Assembly: GCA_963728565.1 (NCBI GenBank)
Contig: CAVSLC010000013.1
Location: 192,001-256,000, forward strand
DNA: 64,000 bases
Source of the DNA: an uncultured delta proteobacterium
GTDB lineage: Bacteria > Desulfobacterota > Binatia > UBA9968
Direction: 5' to 3'
In this document: positions 1-10,467 of the stretch, piece by piece
How positions within the stretch are numbered: position 1 is the stretch's first letter
How the letters are laid out: every line of letters starts with the position of its first letter
Notes under the pieces: generated by a model
Told to the model about the DNA's origin: nothing
Databases searched by the model: none
What the model saw: the letters and a program-made list of their open reading frames with translations, nothing else
Translations under genes and position numbers: made by a program

Positions 1-75
1 GTACACTGGTTAGATCTCGCTCAATTTGGCGTGCGCAGGGATTTGCCGGTTCGAATCGATTCGGCGAGATTAACG

Positions 76-1047
76 ATGACACGATCCTACACCGCGAAAG
101 TACTGCTGCTGATCTCGCTTCTGCTGTCAAACCACGCCGGCGCCGCTCCTCTGCGCATCGCTTATAGCTCGATCAGCGGTGCCATGTTACCGCTCTGGGT
201 GGCCAAAGACACCGGACTTTTCGCCAAGCACGGTGTCGATGTTGACTTAACTTACATCCGAGGCGTTGCTATCGAAGCGCTGCTAGCGGGCGAAGTCCAG
301 TTTGTCCGCGCCTCGCCGCCCTCGGTTGTGCGCTCCGCACTTCGAGGTTCCGATCTCGCGTTTATTGCCAATACCATCAACGTTGCGGTTTTTTCCCTGA
401 TGTCAAAACCCGAATTGCAAAAGCCAGAAGATTTGAAGGGTAAAAAGATCGGCGTCACCAATCTTGGTGATTCGCCTGATCTGGTTTTGAGTTTACTGCT
501 GGAGAAATGGGGACTGCAGCGCGGCAAAGATCTTGCGGTTTTAGGGATCCGTGGCGGCATGCCCGAACTGCTCATGTCCGTCACTAAAGGATTCGTCGAT
601 GCAGGCATGATTTCGGCGCCAAGCAATCGACGCGGCATTAAGATGGGCTTGCGCGAGTTTGTTGACACAGCGGATTTGGGCATTCCATATATCAATTCAC
701 CGCTCAGTGCTCGGCGATCTACCATCAAGAACCACCGCGACACCGTACTGCGCGTGCTAAGGGGCTACCACGAAGCGGTACTCCGAACCCGACGTGATCG
801 GGATGGTGCGATGAAGATCCTTGCGAAATACGTGCGCCTCACCGACCCGGAGATTTTGGCCGAAGTGTACCAAACCTACGGCGTCAAGCAGCTGCAGCCG
901 GATATCAAGGTCGACATCGATGGCATCAAGGGACTGTTAAAAGGTTTGGGCAGTGAAGCCGTGGGAGCCAACCCCGCTATGTTCGTCGATCTGTCGTTGA
1001 TCGAGCAACTTGAACGAGAAGGGTTTTTCTCCGGCAGGGGTCGGTGA
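76..1047 (+). CDS. ABC transporter substrate-binding protein, NMT1/THI5/SsuA-like
   Basis: Signal peptide after ATG at 76; LRIAYS, WVAKDTGLFAKHGVDV and PEDLKGKKIGV motifs of SsuA/NMT1-type SBPs; no cognate permease adjacent. Confidence 0.85.
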   Translation: MTRSYTAKVLLLISLLLSNHAGAAPLRIAYSSISGAMLPLWVAKDTGLFAKHGVDVDLTYIRGVAIEALLAGEVQFVRASPPSVVRSALRGSDLAFIANTINVAVFSLMSKPELQKPEDLKGKKIGVTNLGDSPDLVLSLLLEKWGLQRGKDLAVLGIRGGMPELLMSVTKGFVDAGMISAPSNRRGIKMGLREFVDTADLGIPYINSPLSARRSTIKNHRDTVLRVLRGYHEAVLRTRRDRDGAMKILAKYVRLTDPEILAEVYQTYGVKQLQPDIKVDIDGIKGLLKGLGSEAVGANPAMFVDLSLIEQLEREGFFSGRGR

Positions 1048-1150
1048 GTCGAGCCCAGAAGTCAGATAGATTCTGCCCCGGAGTTACAAGGGGCTCCCCG
1101 GAACAGTTATGCCGTTCCGGAGAAGACCCTTCAAAGATCCGTCATCCGAG

Positions 1151-1783
1151 TTAACGCGCGCCCTCCTTGGATTCCCTCTTTCCTCCACTTCTTGACCCGC
1201 TCTTTGCGTCACCTTTGGATTCTGTTTTAATCTGCTTCTCCGTTGATTGCGCAAGCTCGAGATGTTTCTTCAAGATCGGCAGAGTTTCGCTGGCGAACTT
1301 TTTCAATTCGGGGTCTTTACCCTTATCTGCCTGAGTTTGAAATTTTTCGATATCCTCTTTGTGATCATCGACCATGGCCGCCATGTACTCCCGATCAAAT
1401 TCGGCGCCGGATAGTTTGGTCAACTTATCCATCGTCGATTTGTGCTCTCCTGAAGGTTGGGTAGGGAGATCCACGCCTTTGCTGGAGGCGATTTTCTTTA
1501 ACTGCGTATTAGCTTTGCTGTGATCGGCCTGCATGCGTTTGCCAAATTCTTTTACACGTTGGTGCGATCCCTTTTCAGCGGCGATCTTCCCCAGCTCCAC
1601 TTCCATTAGCCCTCCGGAAGCGGCCTCTTTCATGAATCGCTCCTCACCGCCGGGAAGCTTGTCTTTACTCTCATTGCGGCTTTCTCCTGCCTTTGTGCTG
1701 TCACTTGCCGCCAATGCAAAGCCACTGGAAGATATGAAAGCTGCCGCGATCATCAACGCCGAAACTTTGGCTACTCGTATCAT
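1151..1783 (-). CDS. DUF4142 domain protein, exported
   Basis: FMKEAASGGLMEVELGKIA, VKEFGKRMQADH, FDREYMAAMVDDH and LKKHLELA match DUF4142; GGAGG RBS before ATG at 1783; signal peptide. Confidence 0.88.
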   Translation of the reverse strand: MIRVAKVSALMIAAAFISSSGFALAASDSTKAGESRNESKDKLPGGEERFMKEAASGGLMEVELGKIAAEKGSHQRVKEFGKRMQADHSKANTQLKKIASSKGVDLPTQPSGEHKSTMDKLTKLSGAEFDREYMAAMVDDHKEDIEKFQTQADKGKDPELKKFASETLPILKKHLELAQSTEKQIKTESKGDAKSGSRSGGKRESKEGAR

Positions 1784-1822
1784 GGCTCCACCTCCGTTTT
1801 TAATTATTGTGGATCGAAGTTG

Positions 1823-1838
1823 AGCAAAGCATATGCCA
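1823..1838 (-). promoter_or_regulatory. sigma54 (-24/-12) promoter of the DUF4142 gene
   Basis: Minus strand reads TGGCATATGCTTTGCT (GG-N10-GC), 40 bp upstream of the start. Confidence 0.65.
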
Positions 1839-2168
1839 CAGAGCTGGGTAAAAGTTCTCGCACACGCGAAGGTGTCTATCGGGATAAGTTTCATTTCGGG
1901 GGATCATGCGCGCACCGCGTGAATCATTCTCAGGACAGCCAGACTCGGCCCGTCACGGCCTTGGGACAATACTGGTCTCGAGCTTTGTGATGTCACTATG
2001 AGCACAACACGCAAGCTGTTTGGTAGGAAACCGCTTATGACAATCGCTTGGGCGATTTCACCGCGTTAGGAATGTGGCGATTGAAGTATTACATGGCTGA
2101 GGCCCCAGCGGCGCGCGCTGATACCGCTTACCTTGATGGGATGCACGGCATGTGCCGATTCTTGACCG

Positions 2169-3146
2169 TTACGGTTTCCACCCGGCTTTGGTGAGTTGCT
2201 GGTCTGCTTGGCGGGCGAAACTAAAGTCATAGGCTCGCTGAATCGGCACGACTTCGCTCACCCCCGCTATTTCACGGACGATGGCGAGGTCATTGCGCTG
2301 CGCCTCTTCATCGACGACTCCGTTGGCCGTAAAGGTTTTTGCGATATCGTCGTACATGCGTATGACGAGAGCGTTATCGAGCTCGGTAAATTTGGTTGCC
2401 GCGGCAATTGCCCCTTCGCGATTGTGCCGCACAAAACGCAATGCTTTGACAACGGCGCGGGCGAAACCGGCCATCACCTTAGGCTGTTCTTTGATGAAGC
2501 GGTCCGAGGTGGCGATGGTGCCCCAGGAATTTTTCACCTCCTTACCCATAAACATAAGATCTTTCATTCCTTGGTCGATCGCAGCGTAACGTTCCTCGGG
2601 GCTCAAGATAGCGGCATCCACGGCGCCGGATAGAAGCGAAGGCAACCGATTGACCGGCCCGGGATCGACAAAGACCACATCTTTATTGCCGTCCATACCG
2701 TATTTGCCCATGATGTTTCTGAACATGAACGCGGCGATGGAGGCAACGCCCGTGGTTCCGACCTTTTTACCTTTAAGATCCTTGATCGATGAGATATTGG
2801 GCCGCACTACCACCCATTGCAGAACCTGATCATTGGCAGCGATCACCGTTTTTAAAGGCGCGCCGCCTTTGGAAATCGCCACGAGCGCGCTGCTGCCTGA
2901 GCCAGAAAATTGCACGTTACCGGCAGTCAACGCCTGTAGGCCAGGCGCGTTTTGCATGTAAACAAGCTTGAGCTCGATTCCCTCTTCCTTCAGGTATCCT
3001 CGATCCTGAGCGATCGGCAAAATCGTGTACTGAAAAGCCTTGGACGTTAGTGCCACGGTAACCGTCTCCTGACTGAATCCAATCCGGGCCGAAATAACCA
3101 GGGAAACAGCGAAACAAAGAAAGAGAGAGAAAAACTTAACTAACAT
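2169..3146 (-). CDS. ABC transporter substrate-binding protein, NMT1/SsuA-like
   Basis: Signal peptide, IAQDRGYLKEEGI and SIKDLKGKKVG motifs; AAGGAGG RBS before ATG at 3146. Confidence 0.85.
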   Translation of the reverse strand: MLVKFFSLFLCFAVSLVISARIGFSQETVTVALTSKAFQYTILPIAQDRGYLKEEGIELKLVYMQNAPGLQALTAGNVQFSGSGSSALVAISKGGAPLKTVIAANDQVLQWVVVRPNISSIKDLKGKKVGTTGVASIAAFMFRNIMGKYGMDGNKDVVFVDPGPVNRLPSLLSGAVDAAILSPEERYAAIDQGMKDLMFMGKEVKNSWGTIATSDRFIKEQPKVMAGFARAVVKALRFVRHNREGAIAAATKFTELDNALVIRMYDDIAKTFTANGVVDEEAQRNDLAIVREIAGVSEVVPIQRAYDFSFARQADQQLTKAGWKP

Positions 3147-3373
3147 TGAAAGCGCCTCCTTTGATGCCGACCCTTTCGTCAGGCCTAGGTCGACGTTCAT
3201 TCTTGAGAGCGTCAGGCCCACCGTGCCAACGAGAACTGCGCCGTACCCTACTACCGCATCGTCGTTTCAGTCAATTGAAATACTCTCACTCTCACGCGTT
3301 GAGCTGCGCATTGACATAGCAGCTTAGGCTTGGATAGGCTGACTGGGAAACACACGACAGAGGAGGAGCGAAT

Positions 3374-4345
3374 ATGAGAGCTGTTCGCATTCACAATTTC
3401 GGTCCAAGCGAAGATGTGCTCCAATTCGAGGAAGTGCCCATGCCGGAGCCGGGCCCTGGCGAGCTAGTGATCAACATCGAGGCAGCCGCGCTGAACCGAG
3501 CCGATCTCGGCTTACGCAGCGGTAACTATCGCGTTGCTCCGGAGGATCTGCCGATCATTCCCGGCCGCGAATTTGCCGGGCGAGTGACCAAACTGGGCGA
3601 CGGTGTGAGTGACTTCCAAGTCGGGCAACGCGTTGTCGCCTACACCGGCACCGGCGGATATGCCGAGTACGCCAAAGCCAAAGTATCTGAAGTGCGGCCG
3701 CTACCGGATGGCGTGGACGCCGCGGCGGCGGCAGCGATTCCAACGGTCTTTTTAACCGCGTGGTTCGCTCTGATGGAAGAAGGCAAGCTCAGGTCCGGCG
3801 AATGGCTGCTGGTGCAAGCTGGCAGCAGCGGCGTCGGTATCGCGGCGATCCAAATCGGCAAGCATGCCGGCGCTAAAGTAGTTACAACGACGAGCGGCGA
3901 TGAGAAAGCGCGCAGACTGCGGCAACTCGGCGCCGATGGGGTGATCGACTACACCCAAACTGATTTGGTTGTGGAAGGTAGGCGCGCTACCGGCAATCGC
4001 GGCTTTGATGTCGTGCTCGAGATGATCGGCGGCGAGGTTTACCAGAAAAGTATCGAAGTCCTTGCGCCCGCCGGGCGGCTGGTTTCGATCGGCGGCGCCT
4101 TTGGCAAAATCCCGGACACGCCTCCCGCTCTCAAGGACGGACGAACCGCCAGCCGCTTCTCGATCACGAACTTCTTAAAAGCGCAGCCCGAAGGATTTAA
4201 ACAGCTCGATGTCGCCCTCCAATGGGTGCGTGATGGAAAATTTCAAGTCGTAATCGATCGAAGCTTTCCCTTGGCTGAAACACGCGCCGCGCAACGTTTT
4301 CTCGAAGGACGGGATCACTTTGGTAAGATCGTCTTGATTCCATAA
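3374..4345 (+). CDS. MDR-family NADPH:quinone oxidoreductase (zeta-crystallin-like)
   Basis: MRAVRIH, ALNRAD, PGREFAG, AGSSGVG nucleotide-binding motif and HFGKIVL C-terminus; AGGAGG RBS; TTGACA-N18-TAGGCT upstream (3311-3340). Confidence 0.88.
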   Translation: MRAVRIHNFGPSEDVLQFEEVPMPEPGPGELVINIEAAALNRADLGLRSGNYRVAPEDLPIIPGREFAGRVTKLGDGVSDFQVGQRVVAYTGTGGYAEYAKAKVSEVRPLPDGVDAAAAAAIPTVFLTAWFALMEEGKLRSGEWLLVQAGSSGVGIAAIQIGKHAGAKVVTTTSGDEKARRLRQLGADGVIDYTQTDLVVEGRRATGNRGFDVVLEMIGGEVYQKSIEVLAPAGRLVSIGGAFGKIPDTPPALKDGRTASRFSITNFLKAQPEGFKQLDVALQWVRDGKFQVVIDRSFPLAETRAAQRFLEGRDHFGKIVLIP

Positions 4346-4366
4346 GCCCCAAACAAAGCCGCGCCT

Positions 4367-4915
4367 CTAAAGGCGCCAATCAGGATCGGTCGTCTTGGGG
4401 CTGTTCTCCGGTTCCGGTTCGACATTGGTAACTGCTGGCGCCGGTTTCTTGCCGGCACCCATGAGAAGCAAGCAAAACTCTTCAGCGTCTTCGTAATTGA
4501 CAGGCGTTCCGCCAAGGCTGGCGGTGCCACCCAGAATTTGAATCTCATTTTTTTTGCGAAACCAGAACAGTGCAATTAGGGCTAGGCCGGCAACCAGCAC
4601 GCCATATTGAATCAACGACAAGGTCGATGGTGAGACAGCAAACAGTCGGGTATTAAAGGCAATCCCATCCGGCTGGTTCATCTGGTTGGCAATAATCAGA
4701 GCCAGCGAAGCGAGAAATAAAATCAAGCCGAAAACCAGCACCCCCCTGCTTCTTTGCCAGCTTAAACGAACTGTCGTGATCGCCCGCCGCGGGATGATCG
4801 CTCGATTTTCGCCGAACATACCGTAATCCTGATGCTGGAAAACGTGGCCGGTCGTTAGCACTAACTGGCTCTTGTCGCTTAATCGCAACCAGCCGAGTTC
4901 CCTCTCGTCGTTCAT
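4367..4915 (-). CDS. hypothetical membrane protein (2 TM)
   Basis: 182-aa ORF with GGAG RBS and two hydrophobic segments; family not recognised. Confidence 0.6.
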   Translation of the reverse strand: MNDERELGWLRLSDKSQLVLTTGHVFQHQDYGMFGENRAIIPRRAITTVRLSWQRSRGVLVFGLILFLASLALIIANQMNQPDGIAFNTRLFAVSPSTLSLIQYGVLVAGLALIALFWFRKKNEIQILGGTASLGGTPVNYEDAEEFCLLLMGAGKKPAPAVTNVEPEPENSPKTTDPDWRL

Positions 4916-5004
4916 GGTTTCTCCGTCAGTCGGATAGAATGCCGTCCAGTTCGATCTCAGCCTCTTCCATAGTTATCTGCCTAGCCTTTTCTGTGACGCA
5001 AAAC

Positions 5005-5028
5005 AAAACCGGCTAATCGGCCGGTTTT
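5005..5028 (-). terminator. intrinsic terminator after the amidohydrolase
   Basis: Minus strand AAAACCGGC-CGATTA-GCCGGTTTT hairpin followed by GTTTT. Confidence 0.6.
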
Positions 5029-6080
5029 AATTTGCCGCTAATGGATACATTCTTTTGGGATTCTGCGTCATGATCTTTTGCTTAGTTTCCATCGCGAGGT
5101 CCTCACGAGCGACAAATTTACTGATATTTTCCCTGAATTCCGAGCGCGGTTCATGGGGAAAGTCAGTCGCGCAGAAAAGGATATCGTCACGGAGAAGCTC
5201 GACGATTCTCGGAATGCCGAGTTCCTCGAGTTCGCAATGGATGAATATGCGGCCGCTCTTTAGATGTTCCGAGGGAGCAATCTTAAGCTCGGGAACCTGC
5301 GCGCTACGGTGTTCATATTCCAGGTCCATGCGTTCCATCAGATATGGCACCCAACCGCAACCAGCCTCAGCGAACGCCACTTTTAGCTTGGGAAATTTGT
5401 CAAAAATACCGCCATAGATCATCCCCGTCATTTGAATCATCTGGCCGAAGCCGTGACTCAAGGTGCGAACCTCGATCAAACGGTCAAAGGCGTCCACGCC
5501 GATGCCTTGCGTCGGAGCGGCATGAACAGCCAGGAGCGCGTCCAACTCTTGGGCCGCCTCATAGACCGGAAAGTATCTCTCGTCACCGAAGGGCTGCCTC
5601 ATTCCGACTGCCGGAAGAATCGCGCCTAGCATGTTGAGTTCCTTGACCGCTCGCCGTAGCTCTTTGACCGCCTCCGGTATGGATTGCAGCGGAATCAGAG
5701 CCATGCCGCGAAGCCGCTTTTCCTGCTTTAAGAATACTTCGGAAAGATAATTGTTATAGCCTTGGGCGATCGCACAAGCCCAGTCCTTGTCCCGGATCAA
5801 TCCAAAAGTAAGCCCGGCGGTGGGATACAGCACCGACCATTCGATCTCATCTTCATCTAGAAAATCCTTCCACTCCTTGAGCGATCCCTGCGCTACATAG
5901 CGGCCTTTGCCATCGACGACGCGCAAAGCCTGACGGTGAAATCCATCCAAGGTCGGAAAGAACGGAAACGACAAGAGATCCTCCCTGCCCTTGTAAGGCG
6001 GCGGCAAAAAATCTAACAGAGCTCGATCATTTTCCACCACATGTCCGTCAGCATCGATAAATCCTTTAACCTTAGCTCAT
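5027..6080 (-). CDS. amidohydrolase family (Amidohydro_2) protein; 1-bp insertion just after the start
   Basis: Upstream of the listed ORF the same frame reads AKVKGFIDADGHVVE (metal-binding DxDxH); ATG at 6080 is one base out of frame; AEAGCGWVP and ATDFPH motifs. Confidence 0.85.
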
Positions 6081-6297
6081 TGAAATGCCTCACTCTCCCG
6101 TGATTTCTCGCTGGCAAAATTTTCCGCAAGTACTATTAGCGGTGTTCTTTCAAGCATATTAGTTATCAAGAAAAGCTGAGGCTCTGCAATGCATAAAGAA
6201 ATTGTTCTACTGCCACACCAAGTCGAGATGTCAACTCCGGGTGTTTTAGAGCGGGGACAACCTGGCCTAGCTTTCTGGAACTTGACGTCGGCCGATC

Positions 6298-7881
6298 TCA
6301 CCGATCATTAAGATCACTGGGTAAGATCATTTTGTGCGACAAAAACTCACTGACCACATCTTTCACCTGCCGCTGATCGCCATCGACAGCATAGTTGAGC
6401 TCACGCATCTCCTCGACGTTCAGAATTCCGCCCAGCTGTTTTAGGACTTCTCTTAGCTCAGGATGATTCTCCAAAGCCTTCTGCCGCACGACCGGTACCG
6501 CATCATAAGGAGGAAAGTAGTGCAGATCGTCCTCGAGTTGCACCAGGCCGTATCGGCTGATCAGGCCGTCGGTCGAATTCCCGGCAATCAGATCCACTTG
6601 CCTCTCCGATAGAGCGCGATAGGTCAAGGACAGGTCCATTTCACGAATTTCCTTGAATTGAAAACCATAGGTCCGCGCAAAGCCTGGATAACCGTCAGGC
6701 CGTGACATGAAATCCTGACCGAATCCGGCGCGCCATTGTGTTGACATTCGTGCCGCGTCAGTAATCGTCTTGAGATTATGGCGTCGTGCTTCATCGCCTC
6801 GAACCAGGATCGCAAAGGTATTGTTGAAGCCAAGCGGTTCGGTCCATTCGATGCCGAACTGTTCGGCGTAAGACGATTTGACCTGGCGATACACCTCTGC
6901 CGGATCCTTAATCGCCGGATTTTTTAAGATCGCCAGCAGAGCAGTACCGGTGTATTCGACATAAACATCAATCTCGCCGGCGATCATCGCCTGATGAGCC
7001 AGATTTCCGCCCAGATCGAATCGGCGCTCCACTTGGAGGCCGGTTTTGGCTTCAATCACCTGCGCCAGCAATTCACCCATAATGATCTGTTCGGTAAAAT
7101 CTTTTGAGCCAACAGCGATGCGGCTGGCACTGTAACCTCGCAGAAAACTGACAGTGCCAACCGCTATCAGGATGAGGGCTGTCGCCAGTGCCGGCCACAA
7201 AAGCTTGCGAATTTTGTGACTTGCCGCGCCGCGAAAACGGATTGCGCGCTCCAAAAATCCAAGAAACAGATCGGCAACGAGGGCAATCAAAGCAGCCGGA
7301 ACTGCTCCCGCCAGAATCAACACGTTGTCATTCGCTCTCAAGCCGCGGAAAATGTATCGTCCCAATCCGCCGGCATCGATGGCGGCGGCGATGGTTGCCG
7401 TGCCGACGCAGATCACGGTGGCGACGCGCACGCCGGCGATAATGACGCCGAGCGCTAGTGGCAATTCAACTTGAAGGAGCAGCTGCCGATCAGTCATGCC
7501 CATGCCGCGGCCGGCCTCCCGAATAGCCGGATCGACGCCGCTGATTCCGGTAAAAGTATTTCTAATGATCGGCAGCAGCGAGTATAAAACCAGTGCGGCA
7601 ATGGCGGTGCGGGCGCCGATACCACCGACGATACGCACATCAAAGAGAATCAGGTTGACCGGGATCAGAAAGCCAAAAAGCGCCAAGCTCGGCACGGTTT
7701 GCATGATGTTGGCAATGCCCAAGACGGGTTTGCTCAACGCCGGTTTACGCGTAAGGAGAATGCCGAGTGGCACACCGATCAGGAGCGCAATGCCGATTGA
7801 AACGCCGACTAGAAACAGATGCTCAAAGATCAGTGCAGCGAGTTCAGCCCGGTGCTCGAGGAAAAAGCGCAGCAAGCTCAT
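6298..7881 (-). CDS. quaternary-amine (betaine/osmoprotectant; EgtU/OpuBC-like architecture) ABC permease fused to substrate-binding domain
   Basis: QTVPSLAL, EAGRGMGM and GGLG permease motifs; C-terminal OpuAC-type SBP (GSKDFTEQ, YVEYTGT, RPDGY, FPPY); ATGA overlap with the ATPase stop. Confidence 0.9.
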   Translation of the reverse strand: MSLLRFFLEHRAELAALIFEHLFLVGVSIGIALLIGVPLGILLTRKPALSKPVLGIANIMQTVPSLALFGFLIPVNLILFDVRIVGGIGARTAIAALVLYSLLPIIRNTFTGISGVDPAIREAGRGMGMTDRQLLLQVELPLALGVIIAGVRVATVICVGTATIAAAIDAGGLGRYIFRGLRANDNVLILAGAVPAALIALVADLFLGFLERAIRFRGAASHKIRKLLWPALATALILIAVGTVSFLRGYSASRIAVGSKDFTEQIIMGELLAQVIEAKTGLQVERRFDLGGNLAHQAMIAGEIDVYVEYTGTALLAILKNPAIKDPAEVYRQVKSSYAEQFGIEWTEPLGFNNTFAILVRGDEARRHNLKTITDAARMSTQWRAGFGQDFMSRPDGYPGFARTYGFQFKEIREMDLSLTYRALSERQVDLIAGNSTDGLISRYGLVQLEDDLHYFPPYDAVPVVRQKALENHPELREVLKQLGGILNVEEMRELNYAVDGDQRQVKDVVSEFLSHKMILPSDLNDR

Positions 7882-8645
7882 GAACAGCTCTGCGCCTTTC
7901 CGGTATCGTGAAAACATTGGACGAAAGCCCGAGCCTCAGGATGATTCGAAGCAAGAAGCTCGGCAGGCGGTCCCAAAACGATCATCTCGCCATCCTTGAG
8001 TAAGCCGATGCGCGTTGCCAGGGCGAAAGCTTCGTCCACGTCATGAGTGACGAAAACCATGGTCTTGCCCAGGTGTTTTTGCAGTGAGCGAAACTCTTGT
8101 TGGATTTCGCGTCGCGTAATCGGGTCCAAAGCACCGAAGGGCTCATCTAGAAGGATCATCGGCGGATCTGCCGCCAACGCACGCGCCACCCCGACCCTTT
8201 GGCGCTGTCCACCGGAAAGTTCCGCCGGATAACGGGCGGCGAATCTGTCAGGCTCCAAACTCACCATCGCTAGCAGTTCCCGAGCGCGGTTTCTGATTTT
8301 ATCGGCCGGCCAACTTTCAAGCCTGGGTACGAGCCCGATATTCTCTTCAATGGTTAGATGAGGAAATAAGCCAATCTCCTGAATAACGTACCCGATCCGT
8401 CGCCGGAGAATTATGGGATCCCAGGCTCCTGTTGAGATTCCCTCGACCCGCACTTCGCCGGAAGTCGGCTCAAGTAGACGGTTAATCATCTTCATGGTGG
8501 TTGTTTTACCCGAGCCGCTACGGCCGAGAAGCACCACTGTTTCCCCCCGGCCTATCGTAAGGTTGAGATCAACGAGAAGTTTTTTCCCTTCACCGATCTC
8601 AAAGCTGACGTTGTCGAATTCGATAGCTACTCGATTGTCGATCAT
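7878..8645 (-). CDS. ABC ATP-binding protein, OpuA/ProV/EgtUA-like
   Basis: GRSGSGKTT Walker A, IGYVIQEIGLFPH, LSGGQRQRVGVARALAADP, DEPFGALDPITR; start taken at ATG 8645. Confidence 0.92.
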   Translation of the reverse strand: MIDNRVAIEFDNVSFEIGEGKKLLVDLNLTIGRGETVVLLGRSGSGKTTTMKMINRLLEPTSGEVRVEGISTGAWDPIILRRRIGYVIQEIGLFPHLTIEENIGLVPRLESWPADKIRNRARELLAMVSLEPDRFAARYPAELSGGQRQRVGVARALAADPPMILLDEPFGALDPITRREIQQEFRSLQKHLGKTMVFVTHDVDEAFALATRIGLLKDGEMIVLGPPAELLASNHPEARAFVQCFHDTGKAQSCS

Positions 8646-8702
8646 CGATCCATCGTCTCCCCCGGTCGCATCCGATTCCACTTTCTTATATTCTATTTCG
8701 AT

Positions 8703-9731
8703 ATGGAAACAGAGCCGCTGCCTTCGATCCTTGCGCCGCATCAGAAGGCGCGATGGAAAACCAATCAGGACGGTATCTGGACCTTGGACGGCTCCCGCGT
8801 AGATGAGGTCCCAGCCCGTTCGATTTTGACAACCTTATGGGATCAGCCCCGCTGGTTGGAGGCCTATCACTTATACGATCAACGAGGCTCCGATCTTTTC
8901 GAGCAGATTTGTCAGCTGCCGGAGTATTATCTGACTCGTACAGAAAATAGCATTCTCGAAGCGCAAGCCGCCGCAATCATCGCCGCCGCGCCGGTAGAAT
9001 GCATCGTCGAACTAGGCGCAGGCTATAGCAAGAAGACGATTCATTTGCTTACGGAACAGCTGCGGCAGCGCGACAAAGGGATCTTCGCGCCCATCGATGT
9101 GAGCGAATCAGGGCTACTGGCCTCGCGAGAAGCGGTCGCCCGAGATTTCCCGCGATTAGAGTTTCACGGACTTCACGCTCGCTATGAGGACGGCTTTACC
9201 AGTATCGAGCAAGCCGTGCCGACCCTGTTTGTGTTTCTCGGCAGCACTGTCGGCAACTTCAATCACTCTGACTTTCCACGTTTCTTTCGCGCGTTATCGG
9301 AAGCGATGGGACCGAAGGATTATCTCCTGCTCGGCGCCGATCGTATTAAGGACACAACGCTTCTCGAGCAGGCTTACAACGATTCACAGGGGCTGACCGC
9401 GCAGTTCATTCTGAACGTGTTTTGTCATATCAACGATCTGCTCGGGAGCAATTTTGACCTGGCAAAAATGCGCTATCACGCGCGCTTCAATTCGGAATGG
9501 CAGCAAATCGAAATGTACGCCATAGCGGAGCAACGTCATCGAGTAAGCTTCCCTACAGTAGAAACATCTTTCGAGTGGCAGAAAGACGAAAAAATTCTGG
9601 TGGAGATCAGCCGTAAGTTCGACCCTCAGCGGTTACAGGAACAGCTAAGGTTTTTCGATCTCCTACCGATCGAGCACTTCACCGATCCTAATCAATGGTT
9701 TTCCGTTCTGCTCTTCCGCAAGCAAGGCTGA
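8703..9731 (+). CDS. egtD: L-histidine N-alpha-methyltransferase (Methyltransf_33, hercynine synthase)
   Basis: YDxRGSDLFEQI, LPEYYLTRTE, VELGAG, FLGSTVGN, AYNDSQGLTAQF, IEMY and EISRKF are EgtD hallmarks. Confidence 0.88.
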   Translation: METEPLPSILAPHQKARWKTNQDGIWTLDGSRVDEVPARSILTTLWDQPRWLEAYHLYDQRGSDLFEQICQLPEYYLTRTENSILEAQAAAIIAAAPVECIVELGAGYSKKTIHLLTEQLRQRDKGIFAPIDVSESGLLASREAVARDFPRLEFHGLHARYEDGFTSIEQAVPTLFVFLGSTVGNFNHSDFPRFFRALSEAMGPKDYLLLGADRIKDTTLLEQAYNDSQGLTAQFILNVFCHINDLLGSNFDLAKMRYHARFNSEWQQIEMYAIAEQRHRVSFPTVETSFEWQKDEKILVEISRKFDPQRLQEQLRFFDLLPIEHFTDPNQWFSVLLFRKQG

Positions 9732-9805
9732 ATCTTAGACAACTCCGAAAGCTGCCCGGATAGTATCCCGCTGCCGCACATGCGTTAAGTGGGCACCCTG
9801 CTCGG

Positions 9806-10451
9806 TCAAGGCATTCCCAATAACGATCCCAGTGGTGAAATACTCAGCAACAGAACACTGCCGAAAACGGCAATGCCGCCGCCTGAGATGCGATGGATCC
9901 ACCATAAAAGACGCAAATTAAATCTGTCGCGAAACACCGTTAGGCCGAGAAACAATGCCACCCACCACGATGCCGAACCTACAAAGACCCCGGCGGCGAA
10001 TAGCGCCGCGCCGCCATACTGGCCAATCATGCTCTGGGCATTCCAGGCGGCATAAATCGCAGCGAAAGACAGTATGGTCAAGGGATTGGACAAGGTCAGA
10101 AGAAGGGTTGCCACGTATGTTCGCAGAAGCCCATTGATTCTCTTCGTTCGCGGCGGCGGTTGTCCGGGACGCGTGCAGATAGATTTCGTAACCGAGATAA
10201 CAAAGAAAAAGCCCGCCGACGAGTCGGAAAGCAAACTGGTGATCAACTAAGAACTGCGATACCAGCGAAATGCTCAGGGCCGCGATGCCTCCGGCCAAAG
10301 CATCAGCCGTGGCGATACCCAGGCCGGAAAAAAGGCCATACCATGGGCCCAGAGACAGCGCTCGATTGATGCACAACAGTCCGAGTGGGCCAACCGGTAC
10401 TGCCACGACAAATCCCATCATGGCGCCTTTGATGAGAAGATGAATTGCCAT
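9806..10451 (-). CDS. LysE-family translocator; frameshift near 10180
   Basis: N-half AVPVGPLGLLCINRAL...GLGIATADA in one frame and C-half LLTLSNPLTILSF...GVFVGSASWW in another. Confidence 0.82.
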
Positions 10452-10467
10452 TCCTGCCGTCGGAACT

